Below, one piece after another: positions 1-5,340 of a stretch of DNA of 30,096 nucleotides. Under the pieces are notes generated by a model. That model made no database searches and was not told the DNA's origin. It saw nothing but the letters and a program-made list of their open reading frames with translations. This stretch comes from a virus (lineage: Duplodnaviria > Caudoviricetes), in IMG/VR virus record IMGVR_UViG_3300037515_000210, positions 1-30,096 of that record, one strand, 5' to 3'. Position 1 is the stretch's first letter. Every line of letters starts with the position of its first letter. The position numbers and the translations under genes were made by a program.

Positions 1-10
1 AGAGTTACCC

Positions 11-58
11 CAGTGGCCGCTGATCTGCGATCAACGTCCAGACAGAGCCCAAGGCCAA
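11..58. repeat. Palindromic intergenic element, copy A (27-bp core 14-40)
   Basis: TGGCCGCTGATC-TGC-GATCAACGTCCA is an imperfect palindrome. Its reverse complement matches 564-590 at 21/27 positions and all six differences are transitions. Confidence 0.7.
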
Positions 59-72
59 CAAGGAGACCAGCC

Positions 73-549
73 ATGGACACCCCACAGCCCCTCTCCGGTA
101 TGGCCACCTTCTGGAGCGAGCCCCCTGACCTGGAAGAAGAAGTCGAACTCATTCTGCGCTTCCCGCAGCTGCTCACCGATGACCAGCTAATCAATTTGCA
201 GGCCATTCTCGGCCATTACGGCGTCGACGCCGTGCCCTACGGTGCCGATTTCAATTTCAAGGTAGAGATTGAGGCCCAGCTGGCTGCCGTCAAGGCACTG
301 CGCGCCAAAGTCATGGGTCCTGGGGGTCTACTGCTGGATGGCGTCAGCACCCGCGAGGCCAAGGAGGTGATCGGCGCCAGTTCCACCCTCATTACCACCC
401 TCATGCGCCATCACGAGAAGATTATGAACTTCGAGCGGTTGCGCGCGCTCGAGGAAGCGGTCAAGGCGGCGGTCCAGACCCTGCCGGAGGGCGCCCGCGA
501 GGCCTTTTTTGCCGAGATGGAGCGCCGTCTTGCCACCTGCGACAGTTAA
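73..549 (+). CDS. Putative terminase small subunit
   Basis: AAGGAG at 60-65 precedes ATG 73, so 73 is preferred over the track start at 13. 158-aa helical protein with C-terminal ERLRALEEAVKAAVQTLPEGAREAFFAEMERRL. It heads the operon leading to TerL and no other TerS candidate lies next to TerL. Assignment rests on position and recalled resemblance. Confidence 0.55.
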   Translation: MDTPQPLSGMATFWSEPPDLEEEVELILRFPQLLTDDQLINLQAILGHYGVDAVPYGADFNFKVEIEAQLAAVKALRAKVMGPGGLLLDGVSTREAKEVIGASSTLITTLMRHHEKIMNFERLRALEEAVKAAVQTLPEGAREAFFAEMERRLATCDS

Positions 550-550
550 A

Positions 551-606
551 TGGGCGCTGACACTGGGCGCTGACCGCAGGTCAGTGACCACGGCGCCCAA
601 AACCAA
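551..606. repeat. Palindromic intergenic element, copy B (27-bp core 564-590)
   Basis: TGGGCGCTGACC-GCA-GGTCAGTGACCA. TGGGCGCTGAC occurs twice (551-561, 564-574). An outer stem 551-559 can pair with 591-599. Confidence 0.7.
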
Positions 607-612
607 GAGGAA

Positions 613-798
613 GTGACTGTGTATATGAAATACTTTGATTATGAGCACCTGCCAGAGAAGCTGCAGGCGGTCAGTAAGCCCATTGGCGACCTGGCCCGAC
701 AAATGAACGAATGTCTGCCCGACGGCCCAGAGAAGTCGGCTGGACTGCGCAAGCTGCTCGAGGCCAAAGACTGCCTGGTGAGGGCTGCGTTAGTCTGA
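613..798 (+). CDS. Small helical-hairpin phage protein, possible Acb2/Tad1-like nucleotide-signal sponge
   Basis: Motif YFxYxHLP..LQAVSKP..DLA......LPDGPEKSAGLRKLLEAKDCxVRA, which I recognise as common in phages. GAGG at 607-610 suggests the true start is GTG 619 or ATG 625. CDS is confident, function is tentative. Confidence 0.8.
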   Translation: MTVYMKYFDYEHLPEKLQAVSKPIGDLARQMNECLPDGPEKSAGLRKLLEAKDCLVRAALV

Positions 799-839
799 AC
801 AGTCAGCGCACGGAACCGAGGCGCCCAGGAGCCACAGGG

Positions 840-1052
840 ATGAAAAAATATGGAGCATTTTGCGCCCTGGGGCTGCACTCCTGGGAGCAGCTGCCGCCGG
901 CGGGGTTGATAGGCTACCCTGCGGGCGGCTGCGGTGGTGCGCTCTCTGTTAACAGGTGCCAGTTCTGTGGACAGACGTCGGTCGAAGACCGGCCGCTGAC
1001 CGACGTCTTGCCACCTGTGAAGGTTAGCGCTAGGCTTGAGCCCACCCCTTAG
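840..1052 (+). CDS. Small putative zinc-binding protein (CxxxxH...CxxC)
   Basis: AGGAG at 827-831, ATG 840, 70 aa. FCALGLHSW...RCQFCG resembles DUF1660-type small prophage proteins. Confidence 0.65.
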   Translation: MKKYGAFCALGLHSWEQLPPAGLIGYPAGGCGGALSVNRCQFCGQTSVEDRPLTDVLPPVKVSARLEPTP

Positions 1053-1067
1053 CAACAGGACCTGCGT

Positions 1068-1541
1068 ATGGCTGCCGGTGACATCACTTTCTACACCCTC
1101 CTGAAGCAAATGCAAATGGATACTGACGCCGGTGCCACCCTGTCGGGCGGGCCTGTGGACTGGGACGACGATATTATCGCCGTGGCGGTGCTCACCCCGG
1201 CGTTTACCCCGGACACCAGCGAAACCTCGACCCAGAAGCACCTGAGCGACGTACTCGAGCACCAGGTGGCGCTGGACGAGGTCTACGAGGGGCCGCGCAT
1301 CCTGCAAAATGTCACGGTGTCTGCCAGCGCTGGGCTGATTACGGTGGATGCCGATGACCTGAGTATCAACCAAAGCGCCACCGGCTTTACCGACGGTCGC
1401 TGGCTGGTGTTTTTCAAGCTACACGGCGCTGCCTCGACCTCGCCCTTGATTGCGGTGGGCGATCTGGGGTCCAACAAGGGTATCCAGGCGGGGGCACTGA
1501 ACCTGCAATGGAGCGAGACCGGGCTGCTGTCGATCGGATAA
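1068..1541 (+). CDS. Virion fibre subunit ('bead', GP4 gp80-like candidate), paralogue 1
   Basis: 157-aa acidic beta-rich protein with VDWDDD.I.VA, FTPD, VDADD, SPLIAVGDLG and L.LQW...GLL motifs. Aligns end to end with 4491..4958. Confidence 0.75.
   Translation: MAAGDITFYTLLKQMQMDTDAGATLSGGPVDWDDDIIAVAVLTPAFTPDTSETSTQKHLSDVLEHQVALDEVYEGPRILQNVTVSASAGLITVDADDLSINQSATGFTDGRWLVFFKLHGAASTSPLIAVGDLGSNKGIQAGALNLQWSETGLLSIG
1431..1489 (+). repeat. 59-bp perfect direct repeat, copy 1
   Basis: GCCTCGACCTCGCCCTTGATTGCGGTGGGCGATCTGGGGTCCAACAAGGGTATCCAGGC is identical to 4848-4906. Confidence 0.95.
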
Positions 1542-1553
1542 TAGGAGATAGGT

Positions 1554-2114
1554 ATGGCGATTACCCTGAACCATCAAACCGAGGCGGTCGGGACTGATGC
1601 CGGCAACGGCGAGATCCGCAAGGCGGAGTGGAATGAAGACCACCAGCTGACCGGGGCGGCGCAGATGCTGCTCGGGTTCGATGAAAACGGTGATGCGGAG
1701 GAGACCCGCCGGGTGCGAGGCCTGCAGGAGGAGTTACTGGCAGTGGCTCTGGCGGCCTACGAGAATGGCTCGCCCACCGGGGAGTTCTATCCGGCGCCGG
1801 GCAGCTTCGACGAGTACCGGGCGACCGTGGATTTGGCGCTGGGCAACCTGTTTACCCTGCTGCTGGAGGCGGACGCCAGCCTGCAGGTCACCAATCTGCC
1901 TCCGGCGGGGTTGATCCAGGCGTTTGCACTGCGGATCACGGACGGAGGCGCGCACGAACTGTCCTGGTGGGACGAGATCCACTGGCCGATGGGGATTGCG
2001 CCGACGCTGTCGGTGGAGGGCACCGATCTGGTGGGGTTTATCGCCTATGGGGACGCGACGACGCCCTGGTTTGACGGGTTTGTGATCGCCTACGACCAGA
2101 GAACTGCGCTGTGA
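1554..2114 (+). CDS. Short fibre or fibre-connector protein
   Basis: AGGAG RBS. N-terminal MAITLNH...IRKAEWNEDH anchor-like motif. C-terminal VDLALGNLF...ITDGG..LSW...IHWP.G.APTLS..GTDL domain typical of phage fibre termini. Confidence 0.7.
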   Translation: MAITLNHQTEAVGTDAGNGEIRKAEWNEDHQLTGAAQMLLGFDENGDAEETRRVRGLQEELLAVALAAYENGSPTGEFYPAPGSFDEYRATVDLALGNLFTLLLEADASLQVTNLPPAGLIQAFALRITDGGAHELSWWDEIHWPMGIAPTLSVEGTDLVGFIAYGDATTPWFDGFVIAYDQRTAL

Positions 2115-3655
2115 GCCTAGGTTCACTGCTGCGGCAGCTGGCCAAGTGTGGCCAAGGCCTGCGCTGGGCGAGTCTGCGGCCACTGGGCGGGGCGGGTGGG
2201 GCCTACCCATCGACCGGATTGAGCTATATGGAGGATGCGGCGTTCGACCACGCCGGGTGCTGTTATGCCCTGGGGCGGGACGCTGCCACGGAGAGCTCTT
2301 TGGTGATGTATTTCAGCCCGGAGGGCCAACTGCTTTGGACCCGCCGGCTGGGGGGCACTGAGCATGCGGTCAGCCTGGTCCGGTGCAGGGTGGATTCGGT
2401 GGGCAACCTGTACGCGGTGGGGTCCGGGCGTTTGACCACGGAGACCAACCCCCAGCCGTTGATCGTCAAGTATTCGCGCCAGGGAGAGTTGCTCTGGGAG
2501 CGGGTGATGACTGCCGAGGGCGCCGCGGCATTTACCGATCTGGAGGTGGATTGCCGGGCCTACAAGTCTGGGGCACCGCACCAGCGGGCGGGGGCCACCG
2601 ATGACGTGTTCGCGGTCGGACACGACCGGGTGAGTGGCCGCGATGTTGGGCTGATCGTGCGCTTGTCGGGCGAGGGCGAGCTGCGTTGGAGGCGGGAGGT
2701 GACCAACCACGGACCGACGGAGCAGGGCACGACCCTGTTCCGAGGGGTCGCGCTGGGGGTCGACGGCCGGCTGGGAGTGGGCGGACACTACTATGACGGG
2801 GTGTCTGAGGGTCTGGGGTCGGGGCTGGTGGCCTGGTTTGACCCAGAGGATGGCCGGCCCACCGGCGCCGCGCTGGTGGACTGCGGTGGGGAGGAGCCCT
2901 TTATCATCCGCGGGGCGGCCGCAGCAGCAGACGGCAGCTTCTGGTTTGTCGGGGATCAGACCATCGATCTCTGGGACTTCCAGCGGGAGGCGGTGGCGCT
3001 CAATTGGCGGGGGACCGGCAACAATGCGCTGGTGACCTGCTCGACCCTGCGGCACGAGGACCCCGAGTCCGATATGTCCTGCCGGGACTGTGGCAATGAG
3101 CAGGGCCGCAACGCCCTGGTGCTGGCCTGCCAGGTGTATACGGGAGGAGGGTCGAAAGCCGTGCTCGACCGCATCGACGCGGACCAGACGGGCTGGCCCA
3201 AGGTGGTGGACGTCGGCCTGCGCAGCCGGTTGTGGGGTGTCAGTGTCGGGGGGCGCGAGCTGCTGGTCGCTGGTGGCTACGAGAACGCCAGCCCCGCGAA
3301 CACCAGCACCCTGATGCTGCTGAGGATGCCCTACGACCAGGTTGCCCCGGATGGGGTGGCGGCGACCACGGAACCTGTGGAGTTCCGGGCACCGACCGAA
3401 GGGGAGTTCACCCGAACCACACCGGTGCCGACCAGCACCGCCCTGCAGCTGTCCTGGGACCGGCTGACTACCCCTGAGAACTCGGAGGAGGGCCTGGTCT
3501 ATCGGTATACCACCAGCCCCACGCTCCAGTCGGGGCAGGTCTCCATTACTGTTCAACTGGGTGACTCTGAGACGACAGAAACCCCGGTGTCCAACCCGCT
3601 GGAGATACCCAGCACCGAGGTCATCACCCTGGTTATGGAAACCCACCGGTTCTAG
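2111..3655 (+). CDS. Beta-propeller-like virion protein, putative receptor-binding fibre tip
   Basis: GTGA overlap with the upstream gene. Repeated blades: VDSVGNLYAVG, IVKYSRQGELLW, YFSPEGQLLW, LSGEGELRW. Thr/Pro/Ser-rich C-terminus. Confidence 0.7.
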   Translation: MSLGSLLRQLAKCGQGLRWASLRPLGGAGGAYPSTGLSYMEDAAFDHAGCCYALGRDAATESSLVMYFSPEGQLLWTRRLGGTEHAVSLVRCRVDSVGNLYAVGSGRLTTETNPQPLIVKYSRQGELLWERVMTAEGAAAFTDLEVDCRAYKSGAPHQRAGATDDVFAVGHDRVSGRDVGLIVRLSGEGELRWRREVTNHGPTEQGTTLFRGVALGVDGRLGVGGHYYDGVSEGLGSGLVAWFDPEDGRPTGAALVDCGGEEPFIIRGAAAAADGSFWFVGDQTIDLWDFQREAVALNWRGTGNNALVTCSTLRHEDPESDMSCRDCGNEQGRNALVLACQVYTGGGSKAVLDRIDADQTGWPKVVDVGLRSRLWGVSVGGRELLVAGGYENASPANTSTLMLLRMPYDQVAPDGVAATTEPVEFRAPTEGEFTRTTPVPTSTALQLSWDRLTTPENSEEGLVYRYTTSPTLQSGQVSITVQLGDSETTETPVSNPLEIPSTEVITLVMETHRF

Positions 3656-3664
3656 GAGGACAGA

Positions 3665-3895
3665 ATGAGGAACACCCCAAGGAAGGACCAACCCCTGTGT
3701 GATGCCCCACTGCCCGAGGTGACCGACGGCTGGCAGGTGGTGCAATTCAGCACCCACTGTGACCCGGACGGGGACGGTTGGTGCTACACCCGGGACTGCG
3801 ATCCCGCGGAGTGCGACTGCCTGGGACCCACCCAGGAGGGCGTGGAGTACCAAGAGGTAGCCGGCGTGCTCTATGGGCGGTTGCTAGACGAATAA
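3665..3895 (+). CDS. Small Cys/Asp-rich hypothetical protein
   Basis: AGGAGG RBS immediately upstream. 76 aa with six Cys and DPDGDG. Confidence 0.75.
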   Translation: MRNTPRKDQPLCDAPLPEVTDGWQVVQFSTHCDPDGDGWCYTRDCDPAECDCLGPTQEGVEYQEVAGVLYGRLLDE

Positions 3896-3930
3896 GTACC
3901 CTATTATTACTGTAAATGGAGATTGTGACT

Positions 3931-4389
3931 ATGTTCAAACGAACTGTATGGACCCTGCTGCCCCTGCTGGCTCTTGTGTGTGTGAGCGTACACACCCAGG
4001 AGACCCCTCAGAACGACCAGGCCTGGGTTGGCTGGCAGACCCCGACCCAACGCGAGAACGGCGACCCTCTGGCGGTCGAGGAGATCGGCGGTTACGAGCT
4101 GCGCTACCTGGAACAGACCCTGCTGCTGCCCTACCCGGAGGCCACGGGCTACAACGTCACCGAGCTGTTGGGCGGGGAGCCGCTCAGCGGTGACTACACG
4201 GTGGAAATCTCGGTCTATGACACCAACGGGCTCTACAGCACGTTTGTGCCGGTGTCGGTCAGCGTGGCCAGCGCCCCGCCGGGGCCGTTGCTCGATGCGC
4301 GTCAGCTGCCGACCCCGGATCTGGTCGAGAAGTGCCTGGCAGTCCCGACCTGCCGGGTGGGGGTGATATCAGCAATGCGCAGCCAGTGA
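3931..4389 (+). CDS. Exported fibronectin-III-like protein with Sec signal peptide (moron-like)
   Basis: GGAG 3918-3921 then ATG 3931 (track start 3916 is an alternative). MFKR plus hydrophobic VWTLLPLLALVCVSV. WQTPTQRENGDPL..EEIGGYELRY...GDYTVEISVYDTNGLYS is an FN3-like pattern. Confidence 0.75.
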   Translation: MFKRTVWTLLPLLALVCVSVHTQETPQNDQAWVGWQTPTQRENGDPLAVEEIGGYELRYLEQTLLLPYPEATGYNVTELLGGEPLSGDYTVEISVYDTNGLYSTFVPVSVSVASAPPGPLLDARQLPTPDLVEKCLAVPTCRVGVISAMRSQ

Positions 4390-4425
4390 GCGTGACGGCG
4401 GGCTCTACGGCCTGCTTGTCGACGC
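4390..4425 (+). other. Long imperfect hairpin after the exported-protein gene (no U-tract)
   Basis: GCGT-GACG-GCGGGC / loop TCTACG / GCCTGC-T-TGTC-G-ACGC gives about 14 pairs including G:U. Confidence 0.5.
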
Positions 4426-4444
4426 CTGCGGATAACGGTACTAT
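4416..4444 (+). promoter_or_regulatory. Candidate sigma70-type promoter
   Basis: TTGTCG (4416-4421), 17-nt spacer, TACTAT (4439-4444), in the intergenic gap 46 nt upstream of ATG 4491, which has an AAGGAGGT RBS. Confidence 0.5.
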
Positions 4445-4490
4445 CGTGACACGGAGTTTCTACCTACCCACTGCCTGATAAGGAGGTCCC

Positions 4491-4958
4491 ATGGCCGCCG
4501 GCGACATCGACCTGTACATTAATTACAAGCAATCCCTGCTGGATATTGACGCTGGCCTCAGCGGACTGCCGGTAGACTGGGACGCCGACACCCTGCGGGT
4601 GGCGGTGATGAACGCTACGTTCACCCCCGACCTGACCTCTGCAACCTCACAGCTGCACTGGTCGGATGTATCAACCAACCAGGTCGCCACCGCCACGGCT
4701 TACACCGGTCCCATTGCGCTGGCCACCTTGACGGTCAGCGAGACTGGCGGGGTGGTGTCGGTGGATGCCGATGACGTGACCATCAACCAGGACGCGGGCG
4801 GCTTTACCGACGGCCGGCGGCTGGTGTTCTACAAGGATACCGGTACCGCCTCGACCTCGCCCTTGATTGCGGTGGGCGATCTGGGGTCCAACAAGGGTAT
4901 CCAGGCCGGCCCGCTGGAGTTCCAGTGGCACGCGGACGGGTTGCTGACCCTGAGCTAA
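4491..4958 (+). CDS. Virion fibre subunit ('bead', GP4 gp80-like candidate), paralogue 2
   Basis: Perfect AAGGAGGT RBS. 155 aa, roughly half identical by eye to 1068..1541. Confidence 0.78.
   Translation: MAAGDIDLYINYKQSLLDIDAGLSGLPVDWDADTLRVAVMNATFTPDLTSATSQLHWSDVSTNQVATATAYTGPIALATLTVSETGGVVSVDADDVTINQDAGGFTDGRRLVFYKDTGTASTSPLIAVGDLGSNKGIQAGPLEFQWHADGLLTLS
4848..4906 (+). repeat. 59-bp perfect direct repeat, copy 2
   Basis: Identical to 1431-1489. The bases flanking each side differ between copies. Confidence 0.95.
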
Positions 4959-5019
4959 GCACACCCGCTGTAGGGGTCGGTCCCTTTGAGCGTGGAGTTA
5001 AGGGCACGGAGGCGTAGAC

Positions 5020-5340
5020 ATGAGTGATCCAAGTGATAATCGGAAATATTACGTCGTCCCGGTCATGGATGAGGAGGAGGGCGTGCGCCCCGACATAGAC
5101 GTCCCCAACTGGACAGCGCGCTATCTGTCGCCTACGGTGGCGCTGGTGCGGGACCCGGACGGGTTGCGGGACTACCCGATACTGGGTGTCCAGGTCGCCG
5201 TTGAGGACGCCTTGGACAACCTGCCGGTAGAGCTGCCGCTCTCCATGAGCCAGGACGAAGCGAATGCCGTCTGCGACTCTCTGGGGCTGGCTAGGGTGGA
5301 CATTGATTCGCTGAGCGCCGACCGCGTCGGCGGCAAGTAA
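5020..5340 (+). CDS. Acidic hypothetical protein, possible fibre-tip partner or chaperone
   Basis: GGAGG RBS, 106 aa. The stop TAA directly abuts the in-frame ATG of the next gene. Confidence 0.75.
   Translation: MSDPSDNRKYYVVPVMDEEEGVRPDIDVPNWTARYLSPTVALVRDPDGLRDYPILGVQVAVEDALDNLPVELPLSMSQDEANAVCDSLGLARVDIDSLSADRVGGK

Noticed and set aside
13-72. Longer start of the first ORF at GTG 13, and the 711 start of the 840..1052 ORF
   Set aside because: Good Shine-Dalgarno sequences precede ATG 73 and ATG 840. The extensions run through a palindromic element or overlap another gene.
545-1060. Integron attC cassette array around the small genes
   Set aside because: The palindromes lack correctly placed RYYYAAC and GTTRRRY boxes and no integron integrase is present.
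2123-3853. 576-aa minus-strand ORF, and similar long antisense ORFs (9432..10826, 16734..18215, 7811..8935, 23985..24872)
   Set aside because: They lie wholly opposite well-supported plus-strand genes, lack recognisable motifs and have the His/Gln/Arg/Pro-rich composition typical of shadow frames in GC-rich DNA.
1431-4906. 59-bp repeat pair as a diversity-generating retroelement TR/VR
   Set aside because: The copies are identical with no adenine-specific mismatches, both are coding, and no reverse transcriptase is in the window.
1431-4906. 59-bp repeat pair as attL/attR of an integrated element
   Set aside because: No integrase or tRNA is present, and the repeat is embedded in full-length paralogous genes, which homologous exchange explains better.
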